The notes beneath the pieces were generated by a model. That model made no database searches. It saw only the letters and a list, made by a program, of their open reading frames with translations, and had not been told where the DNA came from. Positions 20,049 through 29,816 of a stretch of DNA of 64,000 nt are shown here, in pieces (within the stretch, counting starts at the first letter, position 1; the number at the start of each line of letters is the position of its first letter). A program made the position numbers and the translations under genes. The stretch comes from a virus (lineage: Duplodnaviria > Caudoviricetes): the IMG/VR virus record IMGVR_UViG_3300014205_000172, positions 96,001-160,000 of that record; one strand, 5' to 3'.

Positions 20049-21536
20049 TTACTGGCCGTGTACGGTGTAGAAGTTCACGACGTTCATGCGCTGTTCTTCA
20101 GTCGCGTAGCGCAGCATGTGGACGATCTTGTGCTGCTTGGCATCCTGCATACGGGTAGCGCCGTTACGTGTGTTGATCAGCAACGTCAACACGTCTTCAA
20201 ACGTGGCCAGGGTGGTCTTCGGCAGTTTGATTTGTGCCCAGCCCTTACGTGCACGCTCTGGAGTGAATAGCGTGTTGTATTCGGTGTTCACGAAGTTCAA
20301 CAGTTTGACCCACCCTTCCTGGAAGGTCTGTGGATCGCGTTTCAATACATCAAGGATGATGCTCCAAAGCGATGCTTGAGCTTCGCCAGCGGAGATAGCG
20401 CTCAGCACTTTGCCTTGTGGCGTCATGGCTGCCTTGAATGAGCTGAGTCTTGCGTCCAGAATCGAATCGTCCATTGTTGCCTCATCAGTGTTAGCGTTAA
20501 GACTCTCAAGAATTTTCTCTTGGGAGGTGGCGTTAGAAAGACCCAGGCGGGAGCGCAGTGCGCTGACCAGATCGTCTTTGCTGTGCGTACCAATTTCGAT
20601 CTCGTCCAGCAGGCCGGCTTTGATGTCCTTGAACGCCCAGTGATTCAGCGGCGTGTTATCACGGGCACGGTCGGCAATCAATACACCGCTCAGGGTATAT
20701 TCTGGCTTGACGCCAGTCGCGATGAATGCCGACGCCGACTCAAGAGACCAGTTGGCTGGGAGTTTATAGCGACGATACAGCTCATCGGCCAGTGCTTCTG
20801 CCAGTACGTTACGCGGTGTGTTGATCTCACCATTGAGCCAATCAACCAACGCGCCGTCTGACCAGGTGGTCATGTCTTTGGTGCGACGAAGATCCACTGG
20901 CCATTCATTGTGGCTGGTCTTTACCGGCAGCATGCGTTTTTCTTCAAACAGGATCAAGCCCTTGTTATCCAAAGCCGCCAAAGCATCAGCTTCCAGCAGG
21001 CCAGCCAACCGTTGGCGAATAGGCAATGTGGCATGATCCTGAGCGGCTTCTTCTACCGGTGCTGGCGCAGGAATGGGCTCAGGCGCGGCGGTTGCTGTTT
21101 CGGCACTAGGTTCTGGCGCAGGCTCGATGGTCGCATCACCTGCCGTGCCTTGCACATCTTGGCTATCCACAGTTGGTGCTTCAACGACACCGCTTTCAAG
21201 GCTCGGCGCATTGGTTACATCGGTGCTGACAACGCCATCGGCATTGATGGCATCAGATGGAACTACGAATGCTTCTTCAGCTCCAGCGCCAAGCTTTTGA
21301 ACCTGCGTCGCATCATCGAGCAGTAGATCGGAATCCAGTCCTGAGACATCTTCAGCTCCAGCCCAAGATTGATCGCTGCCCACATCGCTGCTGTCTTCAT
21401 CACTGTTCCCCAGACCCTCTGTGAGGTCCTGTGCGTCATTTTGGGAGGTTTCGTTATCTTCTACGTCCTGACCTTGCAGGTCAGCGCTATCGCCAGGCGT
21501 AGGGGTATTGGATTGACCACGGTTCTTTCTGGACAT
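20049..21536 (-). CDS. Hypothetical protein with acidic disordered N-terminus and two internal repeats
   Basis: 495 aa; repeats P..T....D..R.....W......L..EI occur twice. Confidence 0.8.
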   Translation of the reverse strand: MSRKNRGQSNTPTPGDSADLQGQDVEDNETSQNDAQDLTEGLGNSDEDSSDVGSDQSWAGAEDVSGLDSDLLLDDATQVQKLGAGAEEAFVVPSDAINADGVVSTDVTNAPSLESGVVEAPTVDSQDVQGTAGDATIEPAPEPSAETATAAPEPIPAPAPVEEAAQDHATLPIRQRLAGLLEADALAALDNKGLILFEEKRMLPVKTSHNEWPVDLRRTKDMTTWSDGALVDWLNGEINTPRNVLAEALADELYRRYKLPANWSLESASAFIATGVKPEYTLSGVLIADRARDNTPLNHWAFKDIKAGLLDEIEIGTHSKDDLVSALRSRLGLSNATSQEKILESLNANTDEATMDDSILDARLSSFKAAMTPQGKVLSAISAGEAQASLWSIILDVLKRDPQTFQEGWVKLLNFVNTEYNTLFTPERARKGWAQIKLPKTTLATFEDVLTLLINTRNGATRMQDAKQHKIVHMLRYATEEQRMNVVNFYTVHGQ

Positions 21537-21543
21537 GTAAAAA

Positions 21544-22839
21544 CTACCTCAAGAAATTCTCGACATCGAGATCAGTTGTTTGAAGGGCTTTAGCGTGAGC
21601 AGAAGCCATCATGCGCGCCATCATTACAGCCGGGATGTCGCCGATCATTGATCCCAGACTATCCGGGTTTGCTGCAAGCTTAGCGCCTGCGCAAATGGCG
21701 CAAATGTCACCGCCCTCTACTTTACAGTAAGGAGGTGCGTACATTGGATAGACGCGACCATCATAATCGGGCAGGTTGTCGGCAGTGATCTGAACGATCT
21801 TGTCATCGATCAGGAAGTTACGACCAATGCGTCGAGCTTCCACTTTCTGGATGAACTGTTCTTCAGTGTTACAGAACTCAGGAACCACCTTAGCGTTCTG
21901 GAATACGCGACTCATCAAGTCAACGTCTTCCCCCGCCAAAGCAGTCAACGCACCACGGAAGAAGGAACCAGCCCGTAGACTGTTTACCATCTCCGGATAG
22001 TAGTTGATGTCCAGACCTTCAAGCAGACTGTTGGTGATCAGAGTAGCGCGACCACCTTCTTCAAATCCACCTTCGGGACCGTGGATAAGGAACATCCGCT
22101 TGATAGCCGTCTTGAACGACTTAGCCTTAAGTAAGAAGCCTTCTGACGGATCACCCTTGATCATGTTCATGTAGTTGGCAATCAAGGCATCTTGAATCTT
22201 AGCCTGGATCACCGGATCATCCAATTGATCCTTGTTCTCCTCAAGCAACTTATCCCTCAGCTGCTTGTTATCGGGAGGGGGTTGAAGAGACTTCTCAGTC
22301 ATGGAAGGAATGAAGATCTCATACCCGCACAGATCGCCAATCGCCCGACCTAGTCGTTTATAGTGCTTAACGTAAATCTGATTGGGGTCTTCTTCAGCCT
22401 CGATGACATCAGAGATCATCTTGTCAGCGACGATCGTCGCAATCTTGCGAATGACGATCTGACCTTGGGTATACGGATAGCGCTCACCCAATGCGTAAAC
22501 CAACACCCGGCTATTAAACAGCAAGTCGCCCCAAGTGTTGTTATCGGGAAGGTCGACCTTGAGGTTCTCAATATCCCCAGCCCGCAATGGACCTGCATCA
22601 TCATGGTAAACGAAAGGGATCTGGTAATGTTCAGCACCTTCCAACACTTCCCAACTGTACCCATTATTACCATTGGGTACGTAGACCTCTACGGCCTTGT
22701 CGGTGTGACGTAACGCCCAGGGTTTTGGCGCAGTGCCGTTCTCGCCAATGACCACCGTCATCGCCCGCAGAATCCATTCACGATCGTAATGGGCCTTAGC
22801 TTTCATGGACCCAAGAAAGTACGCTTGCCTATCCATCAA
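21544..22839 (-). CDS. Virion RNA polymerase beta' subunit fragment (phiKZ gp80-like)
   Basis: ITNSLLEGL, bridge-helix-like RAGSFFRGALTALAG, Zn site PPYCKVEGGDICAICAG, trigger-loop-like MMARMMASAH. Confidence 0.85.
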   Translation of the reverse strand: MMDRQAYFLGSMKAKAHYDREWILRAMTVVIGENGTAPKPWALRHTDKAVEVYVPNGNNGYSWEVLEGAEHYQIPFVYHDDAGPLRAGDIENLKVDLPDNNTWGDLLFNSRVLVYALGERYPYTQGQIVIRKIATIVADKMISDVIEAEEDPNQIYVKHYKRLGRAIGDLCGYEIFIPSMTEKSLQPPPDNKQLRDKLLEENKDQLDDPVIQAKIQDALIANYMNMIKGDPSEGFLLKAKSFKTAIKRMFLIHGPEGGFEEGGRATLITNSLLEGLDINYYPEMVNSLRAGSFFRGALTALAGEDVDLMSRVFQNAKVVPEFCNTEEQFIQKVEARRIGRNFLIDDKIVQITADNLPDYDGRVYPMYAPPYCKVEGGDICAICAGAKLAANPDSLGSMIGDIPAVMMARMMASAHAKALQTTDLDVENFLR

Positions 22840-23720
22840 TCATCTCCAAACATAGGCTTATAGTGCGATGTAAGCTTCATGCGTAGCTGCTCTGCTTCAC
22901 GGCGCATTTCAGCGTCGTAGTACAGATCATCTAGCCAATGAGCCACGCCAACCATAGCCCCTTCAAAACTCTCATTGGAGATAACCGACAGAGAGAACAG
23001 ATTGTTCACGGCTACATCAACTGGAGAGTCCATGAGCTTAACAACGTTCTGAGCGTAGAGGGATTCAAGTGTCAAACCAAGACCCTGATCCGCTTTACCA
23101 ATCTCGGCACCCAAGCTCTCAGCGTTAGATTTTACCAAATGGTTTAATCGTTTGAGGAGTGGTGCTGTTGCTAGACTGGTGTTACGGTCAGTAATGTCCT
23201 GTTCGAGCGTCTCTACACAGAACCCTCGGACACGCTTAGCAAACGCATCGCTGACACGAGAGATGTAAGGAAGCCAGTCATCGTCCGAATACGTGCCTAG
23301 CAGATCTAGCAGTACCATTACAGTTTCTACAGAATCTTCAGCCGCATCGATGGCGTCGATCACCAATTGAGGAAACTCAGTAGGATCGAATTTAAGCAGT
23401 ATTTCACAGCCTTCGATGAGCATGCTCAATGGAACATCTGGATCGAATTCCACACCGCAGTTGTTGAGTGCGGTTTCAGCGCCGATGCGTAGGATTTGAT
23501 CCACGTCAACGATGATACCAGAAGGATCGACCATCTCCGAATCCATCTGCTGATAAAGAACATCAAGTTCCTGTAAGTGTCCTTTAAAGTTTACTGAAGA
23601 GAGCAGCATTGCCAGCTCTACAAATTCATCTTCAAGTTCTGGAGTGCAGCGGTCACGAACAATATCACGCACGGTTGACTCTGTTACATTGTCTTCGACT
23701 TCAGATTGTGTGTCGCTCAT
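22836..23720 (-). CDS. Hypothetical protein (acidic, helical)
   Basis: About 294 aa, GGAG RBS before ATG 23720; overlaps the gp80-like start. Confidence 0.8.
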   Translation of the reverse strand: MSDTQSEVEDNVTESTVRDIVRDRCTPELEDEFVELAMLLSSVNFKGHLQELDVLYQQMDSEMVDPSGIIVDVDQILRIGAETALNNCGVEFDPDVPLSMLIEGCEILLKFDPTEFPQLVIDAIDAAEDSVETVMVLLDLLGTYSDDDWLPYISRVSDAFAKRVRGFCVETLEQDITDRNTSLATAPLLKRLNHLVKSNAESLGAEIGKADQGLGLTLESLYAQNVVKLMDSPVDVAVNNLFSLSVISNESFEGAMVGVAHWLDDLYYDAEMRREAEQLRMKLTSHYKPMFGDD

Positions 23721-23812
23721 GTAAACAGACTCCAAGAAATTTGTATAAATCTTATTGATTGCTTAGCCCATAGTGGGCATTTGAGAAAATATTCATACTA
23801 GAGGTTAGTGCC

Positions 23813-24289
23813 ATGGGTAAGAAGAAAAGTAAAGCGGGGGCGTTTCAGGCACGGGGCACGTCGCCTTTGCAAAATTGTATCCGTAATGAAAAGTCGGTAA
23901 AAGATAGCAGCGTAAAGTTGGATGAATCCATTCGTGACGCTTCACGAATCCTTACTGAACTCCCTAACGGGATGAGAGAACTCAAGGAAAAAGGTCGCGA
24001 GGATAAGATTCCTGACCTGATCGCGCTGAACCGTTCCGCTGCCCGTGACCTGGATTCGTTTGTAACTGAAAAGGTCGGCTTGGATGCTGAGTTGAAAACG
24101 CACGTTCAGACGCGGCCAAAAGAAGCTGCTGAAATGGCCGACTATAACAGCAAAACTCTGAGCATCGGTAACAAGTACGTTACCCTCGGTCATCGCCTGA
24201 TCGGCACTGTTGGTAAGAGTACCGGCCAGATCATTGAAATCCTCACCCCTGTGGATGAGCCTGAAGCTGCTGAAGAGGCCGTTGTTTAA
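23813..24289 (+). CDS. Hypothetical coiled-coil protein
   Basis: 158 aa, GAGGT RBS, coupled to the next gene (TAATG). Confidence 0.8.
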   Translation: MGKKKSKAGAFQARGTSPLQNCIRNEKSVKDSSVKLDESIRDASRILTELPNGMRELKEKGREDKIPDLIALNRSAARDLDSFVTEKVGLDAELKTHVQTRPKEAAEMADYNSKTLSIGNKYVTLGHRLIGTVGKSTGQIIEILTPVDEPEAAEEAVV

Positions 24290-26136
24290 TGAACGAATCG
24301 CCAGATAACCCAAGTACCGAAGAGCCCGCTGAACTCAACACCCCAGCTGAGCTACCTTCCGCCTTCCCAGTAGCGGAAGAAATCCCAACCGCCCCAGTTG
24401 TGCCTTCAGAAGCGGTAGAGATCCCTGCCTCGGCAGCGGTGTTCGCCGAGGCGGATGAATTCATCCCGATTGAAGAACCACTGGTTGAAGAACGTGGTGA
24501 CTTCATTCCCGAAGACGCCCCACCCGCCCCAGCTCCAATCTTGGCCGATGGCGTCAACATCCCAGACGACGGTCCAGAAGAAGTCTATGCTGGCGTCTGG
24601 GACCCAGTGCCGGGCGTAGAAACATCGGCTCCGATTCTGGAACCGATGTCTGACGAACTGCTGAGTAAGTTTGCCCGACACGGCAAAGCCGTTATCACGA
24701 ACATGAACTTGGCTGAAGTCGAGAAACTCGATCAGATTCTTCGATTGCGCATATTCGCTTCTCAGCGTGAGCGTTACTCGAAAATCAACCAGGGTCTGCC
24801 GCGCGATCAGTTCATCCAGTTGGATCTTGACGGGGTGGGTAAGCTCTATATCACCGAACCTGAACAGCAGGCCATGAACCAGGTGGCGCAATATCTTCGA
24901 CAGGTATCATTCAGCCACATTGGTGATATCATCGAAGAAGGTGAAACTGCCACCAACCGCCCACTGGTTGATGACATCCCCATCATGATGGGTTTGGTAC
25001 AACCTGCCAAGAACGGTAACGGCATGATGGCCGTGCGTGATGCGTTGGGCCTGTCCCAGCGTGTCGCATTCCCAATGTGGGGTTCGGGTATTCATGTGCG
25101 GATGATTGCTCCCGGCGCATTGGCGCAGCTGGGTCTGGATACGCAGCTGGGTCAGGAAAAGGTACGGGAGGCAATGGAATCTGCAGGCTACTCACTTGCA
25201 GCGCCAGCGGTGTTCCTGAACCGCGAGTTGGCAGACTTTGCCATCAAGCACTTCCTGAACACCACAGCGGGTACGGTTGACCCCAAAACCCTGAAAAGCA
25301 TCATCACCCTGCTTGACTTCGATCAGATGATCACCAGCATGGCGTTCAGCCTGTTTCCAAAAGGTTTCCCTGTCACTCGTTATTGCACTAACTCTGCACT
25401 TAACTGTGACGGCGAGATCACGGACTTGCTGAACATCAACCGCATGGTCATCGTACTCGACAGCCGTTTGGACGAACACCAAAAACGGTTCATGTCCAAA
25501 CGCAGCGGTCAGCACGACATCAAGACCATCCTGAATTACCAAGCCAAGATGCGGCCTGAAGTTAGCCGTTACATCGACCTGGGTAATGGCGTTCGACTCA
25601 AACTGCGTGTGCCTACATTGGCGCAATACGAGTCGACATCCACAGCGTGGCTCGATAACATGACGGCTGAGTCCAAGCAGCTGATCTCCAGTAATGCTCG
25701 TGAAGAAGATCGTCAGAACTATCTGTTGCGTGCTCAGCAGATATCCACTGTGATGGCCTATGCCTGCTGGGTTGAGGCAGTGGTGCGTCAAAGCGATGAG
25801 CTGGAAGCTGAACCTGAAGTAATTCAGACTCGTCTGTTACCAGAAGGTGCTACGCCAGATCAGCAGTTCGAAGCCGATAAGGAAATCGACGACTTCCTAC
25901 GTGACTTTGCATCGGACCCTGATCTGACCAAGAAGTTCACCGACGCGCTGGAGAAATTCATCGCAGCGATGACTCTGACGACAGTCTGCATTCCAAAAGT
26001 GCATTGTCCGAAGTGTGGTCAGCCAATCGACAAAGACGAAGGTATCAAGTTGGGCCACCCAGCGCTGGTAACGATCAACCCGTCTGAGTTTTTTTTTACC
26101 CTACTCCGCCACAGCATAGCAAGACACAGACCGTAG
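24289..26136 (+). CDS. Putative tail/baseplate assembly chaperone (T4 gp26/gp51-like Cys motifs); frame-0 product of a frameshift locus
   Basis: 615 aa; RYCTNSALNC and CPKCG Cys pairs, LKLRVPTL; ends EFFFTL on a T9 run. Confidence 0.6.
   Translation: MNESPDNPSTEEPAELNTPAELPSAFPVAEEIPTAPVVPSEAVEIPASAAVFAEADEFIPIEEPLVEERGDFIPEDAPPAPAPILADGVNIPDDGPEEVYAGVWDPVPGVETSAPILEPMSDELLSKFARHGKAVITNMNLAEVEKLDQILRLRIFASQRERYSKINQGLPRDQFIQLDLDGVGKLYITEPEQQAMNQVAQYLRQVSFSHIGDIIEEGETATNRPLVDDIPIMMGLVQPAKNGNGMMAVRDALGLSQRVAFPMWGSGIHVRMIAPGALAQLGLDTQLGQEKVREAMESAGYSLAAPAVFLNRELADFAIKHFLNTTAGTVDPKTLKSIITLLDFDQMITSMAFSLFPKGFPVTRYCTNSALNCDGEITDLLNINRMVIVLDSRLDEHQKRFMSKRSGQHDIKTILNYQAKMRPEVSRYIDLGNGVRLKLRVPTLAQYESTSTAWLDNMTAESKQLISSNAREEDRQNYLLRAQQISTVMAYACWVEAVVRQSDELEAEPEVIQTRLLPEGATPDQQFEADKEIDDFLRDFASDPDLTKKFTDALEKFIAAMTLTTVCIPKVHCPKCGQPIDKDEGIKLGHPALVTINPSEFFFTLLRHSIARHRP
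26089..26097 (+). promoter_or_regulatory. Putative -1 ribosomal frameshift (slippery) site T TTT TTT
   Basis: The -1 frame is closed by TGA at 26085-26087, then open from 26088 into ORF 26178..26588. Confidence 0.7.
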
Positions 26137-26177
26137 ATAAAAATACCGGTCTCGTCAAAATCAATCACGTAGTAGCG

Positions 26178-26588
26178 ATGGATTTTGGCGAAGGGATCTC
26201 GCCGTATAAGCCGGGCACTCACACCTACGACATCATCCTTAACACACAGACCGATGACGACCGCACTAAGCGGCTGATTCTTCTGGAAGCCTATGACCAG
26301 ACCTTTGGCTTGTTTGACCATGTGAATGAGGGCTTCAAGCCTGAAAACCAGATGGCCATCATGCGTATGCATCCAGCCGAAGATATGGCAACAGGTAACC
26401 GTCTGCGTGGTTTGATGAGGGAGTTGGTGGCGTGTCGTATTCCTGAGATGACTAACGAACCCCTATCTAAGCTACTTGAGTATCCTTTGGATATCCTTGA
26501 GGAATATTTGGTAGAGGGTCGTAAAGCTCAGAAGCACAACGCGGGGGTAACGGCGAAACTTGAGGCGGAGTTGCAAAAACCAGCATGA
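26178..26588 (+). CDS. Hypothetical protein; probable C-terminal extension made by -1 frameshift
   Basis: 136 aa, no clear SD, frame open back to the T9 site. Confidence 0.7.
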   Translation: MDFGEGISPYKPGTHTYDIILNTQTDDDRTKRLILLEAYDQTFGLFDHVNEGFKPENQMAIMRMHPAEDMATGNRLRGLMRELVACRIPEMTNEPLSKLLEYPLDILEEYLVEGRKAQKHNAGVTAKLEAELQKPA

Positions 26589-26629
26589 ACAGCATACACC
26601 CCCGGCTTAGTGCCGGGGGTGTATGTCGT
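26589..26629. repeat. CATA...TATG hairpin, near-identical to the one at 20000
   Basis: ACAGCATACACCCCCGGC-TTAGT-GCCGGGGGTGTATGTCGT at a convergent junction, no U-tract. Confidence 0.8.
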
Positions 26630-26631
26630 CA

Positions 26632-27957
26632 TCAGAACAACTTACGCAGGTTTTCACGATACTTGGAAATGTGAACATTGCCCGACACGTTGATGTTGCT
26701 TTTATTAGCTGTGAGGAATTTGTCCACTACCTTCGCAGTGGCAAGCCCACCTTCAGCTATCTTCAACGTTGCATCGTTACGGGCTTGAACCATCATCCCC
26801 AATGCCTGCTCAAGTTCAGTGAACGCAGAGACAGTAGAGGTGATGTTGGCAAAGAACGCGGTCAGGTGACGGGCATAGCTGTCTTCAAGGCCAGGCTTCA
26901 ATGAAGTCTCACTGAAGTTTGCCAGCTTATTCAGCACAGGGCCTGTCTTAGCACTCGACCATTTAATCGTCTCAATGATCTCTTTAGACCAATCCTCGAT
27001 TGTCATGGTCAACATCAGTTCAGTGTAAGCTTCCTTGCTCAGCTGACTGTGGCGGCTGGCCAACGTCTTCATGTATCCGCGGATAAAGTTGGACACCGAC
27101 TGGAACTGAGTCATGCGCTGATCCAGACGCACATTGGCCTGGGAATAACCATAGCTTTGAGCTAGGTTTGTCAGGGCGCCGTTAGTGATGCGAGCAGCTT
27201 GCAGCTGGGCAATAGCGGCTTTCACATCTTCTTCGGTCTCAGCCTTGACCAGCTCGTCCATGAAGATATCGACTGATTCAATGAATGGCGGGATGGCAAC
27301 TTTAAGTGCGCCCGTAAGTGCACTCAATGCAGCATTGCGATCTTCGGCACGCTCAATGAAGAAGCTGTGGATTTCACGCCAGGTCTTGTTCAGGTTGTGG
27401 CGGGTGTTTTCGATAGCGCCTTGACGAAGCTTGAGGTAATCATCAGTGATGGGCAAGCCCGTTACGGCACGATCGACTTGGATCAGGTAATCCTGAACCG
27501 CCAGCACGCGATCAGACAGGTTGTCGATTGCGATAGTGCGACGCTCATTGCCGTTGAGGAATTCCCACAGACGTGTAAATGAACGAACAATAAAGTTCAG
27601 GATATCGCGCAACACTTTAACGACAGCGTTGTAAGCGGTTTTGATAAACCCTTCCGTCGACACATCGTAGTTGATGTTGCTTGGGTCTTGAGTGAAACTA
27701 CCTACGGGATGCTTCGCCAGCATCTTCTTAAGGTTTGGGTACACCTCAGCCAAGTGCTTAACGCGCTCGATGTCATCCCGGCAAACCACACCGCGGTCTT
27801 CCACCGCATTGAGTGTAGCGAAGACAAGATCCATGTCGTTGTAATCTTGCGTGTATAAGGGATTGTCAGGCACTACACGGGTGTTCTCAAACAACTCAGA
27901 GTCAGCGATTGTTTCGCTGGATTCCATCGAGAGGTCTTCAAAGGGTACCGTAGTCAT
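26632..27957 (-). CDS. Virion (internal head) structural protein with S-x-E maturation sites
   Basis: 441 aa; LSME, VSTE followed by an amphipathic helix (GFIKTAYNAVVKVLRDILNFI). Confidence 0.7.
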   Translation of the reverse strand: MTTVPFEDLSMESSETIADSELFENTRVVPDNPLYTQDYNDMDLVFATLNAVEDRGVVCRDDIERVKHLAEVYPNLKKMLAKHPVGSFTQDPSNINYDVSTEGFIKTAYNAVVKVLRDILNFIVRSFTRLWEFLNGNERRTIAIDNLSDRVLAVQDYLIQVDRAVTGLPITDDYLKLRQGAIENTRHNLNKTWREIHSFFIERAEDRNAALSALTGALKVAIPPFIESVDIFMDELVKAETEEDVKAAIAQLQAARITNGALTNLAQSYGYSQANVRLDQRMTQFQSVSNFIRGYMKTLASRHSQLSKEAYTELMLTMTIEDWSKEIIETIKWSSAKTGPVLNKLANFSETSLKPGLEDSYARHLTAFFANITSTVSAFTELEQALGMMVQARNDATLKIAEGGLATAKVVDKFLTANKSNINVSGNVHISKYRENLRKLF

Positions 27958-27992
27958 TTCTCGTCCTTCTTAATTATCGTGAGAAGGCGGCC

Positions 27993-28436
27993 TTAAGCCG
28001 CTTCTTTTACAATCTGACTTTTCAGCAGATTGATCGTTTCGGTGATCTTGCCTGCATCGAGACACAGCTTGTCAAACTCAGGCACCATACTACCGAAGAC
28101 CGAGCCGAACAGCTTTTCGCCATGCAGCAAATCCATTGGCGAGCAGTCGTAAGCAATCTCGTAACGGCGCTGATAGATCTTGTACGCCAGTTGCAATGCG
28201 CGATCGATCTCGAATGGAATGATCTCGTTGATCTCGTACATGCAGGATTGGTACTGTTCGATGTTGTCGAAGAAATAACCCTGCAGGTTAGAGAGTGGTA
28301 CCTCATTACCTGGCAGATGTACCACACCGCCCACCGCCATGGCAATGACCACGGTGACGTGCTGACGCAAGCAGGTCTGATCGAAACCGCTAGGGAGGTT
28401 GTTGAAGTGACCATGAACAGCAATCGGGTTAAGCAT
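27993..28436 (-). CDS. Hypothetical (probably virion) protein
   Basis: 147 aa in the structural operon, AAGGT RBS. Confidence 0.7.
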   Translation of the reverse strand: MLNPIAVHGHFNNLPSGFDQTCLRQHVTVVIAMAVGGVVHLPGNEVPLSNLQGYFFDNIEQYQSCMYEINEIIPFEIDRALQLAYKIYQRRYEIAYDCSPMDLLHGEKLFGSVFGSMVPEFDKLCLDAGKITETINLLKSQIVKEAA

Positions 28437-28441
28437 GAGAC

Positions 28442-29740
28442 TTACCTTTGATGAGTGGCGGAGAATTCAAAAAAGCGATTATTAGCGAGGTTTTCTTTCA
28501 TCTGATTCGCACCGATGACGTGATGCTTACCCGATACCACATCCAACACGTATGCGGAAAGCTGCGACATAACGTTAGAAAATGGATGAACGTTCCCTGC
28601 TTCGGCGTCAATAACCTTCAGATCTTCCAACGCCCGTTCACGCACATCCTTAGGAAGATCTTTATCTTTCAGCAGATGTACGATCTCATTACGAATGCCT
28701 TGAATGCGAGCACGCATTGGCGGGTGTGTGTCCGGAGACAGTCCGTAGGTAGTGCCGCCCAGAAAGAAGCTGACCGAAAAACTAACTGCCAGCCGGCGAA
28801 TAACTTGTAGAACAGCGGCGGAACCGCCTGCGGCCAACGTAACGCCATACGGTAGCAATACAAAGTTGAGCAGGTTACCCAGGACCCCCAGCCACATGTT
28901 GTCGTAACCACCCTCGGCGCTAAACCCTTTAGCGCGTTCCAACTTACCCAGTGCTACCACCAGATCTTTACCCATACCCCAGCGTGCGGCAAATTGATCG
29001 GACATAGCCTCGGCAAGACGTTGGTCGTACCAGCGTGTGTCGTATGCTTTCTGCATGCGTTTGACCTGACCCTCAAGTACCAAAGCGGTGATCTCACTGC
29101 TGGTTACATTTTCGGGAATCTTCTGGTCATTCTCAGCCAACTGCAACGCGCAACGCGCCAATGCAAACTTACGAGCTTCGCTAGTCTGTACGTCCATGCG
29201 GCCAACCAACTCAGCAAGAATCATGTTGGTCAAAAGGGTTTGGCCCAAGAATTCACAGATCGCCCAAGCGTGACCTACTTCATGACCGTAAACACTTGCC
29301 AGCTCACTAGCGGTAAATGACCCATCCAACATCGATAGACTGACGCCAGACCCGAATGGGATAGTCCCATAAAAACCAGTTACCCGCCCATTCTTTCGGT
29401 CGATCGTACCTTTAAGGATATCGAGCTTAGTAACATTTTGCAGATCATATTTAGCGATCAGCGCCGATGCCTTTTCGTTGATGGGTGAGAAGGCATTGAA
29501 GTTAGGGTCCAAGACAAACATGTTAAAGGCTTTGTGATGGGGACCGTCCATCAACCGTGGGAGGATGTACAGACCAGTGGCCTGTTTAGTGACAGCACCC
29601 AGTTCTTCCAGCAGTTGATCGGTCTCAGGTCGAGCCGCTTTTATGTCAAGAATTTTCTGAAAGATGTTGGTGATGGCCTTTGGAAGATCCGCGTTTATTT
29701 GGAACGCGATGGCTTCCATTGACGCTTTATATTGACCCAT
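28442..29740 (-). CDS. M48-like zinc metallopeptidase, probably virion-associated, with hydrophobic segments
   Basis: ELASVYGHEVGH, EAMSDQFA, THPP..RI; N-terminal ASME processing site. Confidence 0.75.
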   Translation of the reverse strand: MGQYKASMEAIAFQINADLPKAITNIFQKILDIKAARPETDQLLEELGAVTKQATGLYILPRLMDGPHHKAFNMFVLDPNFNAFSPINEKASALIAKYDLQNVTKLDILKGTIDRKNGRVTGFYGTIPFGSGVSLSMLDGSFTASELASVYGHEVGHAWAICEFLGQTLLTNMILAELVGRMDVQTSEARKFALARCALQLAENDQKIPENVTSSEITALVLEGQVKRMQKAYDTRWYDQRLAEAMSDQFAARWGMGKDLVVALGKLERAKGFSAEGGYDNMWLGVLGNLLNFVLLPYGVTLAAGGSAAVLQVIRRLAVSFSVSFFLGGTTYGLSPDTHPPMRARIQGIRNEIVHLLKDKDLPKDVRERALEDLKVIDAEAGNVHPFSNVMSQLSAYVLDVVSGKHHVIGANQMKENLANNRFFEFSATHQR

Positions 29741-29816
29741 GACCTGACTCCAGTGAGTGGGTAGTTATCTACATAATCTGCCTATGATTTAATAGGTACT
29801 GGAGCGAGAGTCATTC

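Noticed and set aside
29770-29790. Back-to-back CATA/TATG late promoters in divergent gaps (also about 54518-54532)
   Set aside because: Plausible, but a 4-nt motif alone is too weak to call without TSS data.
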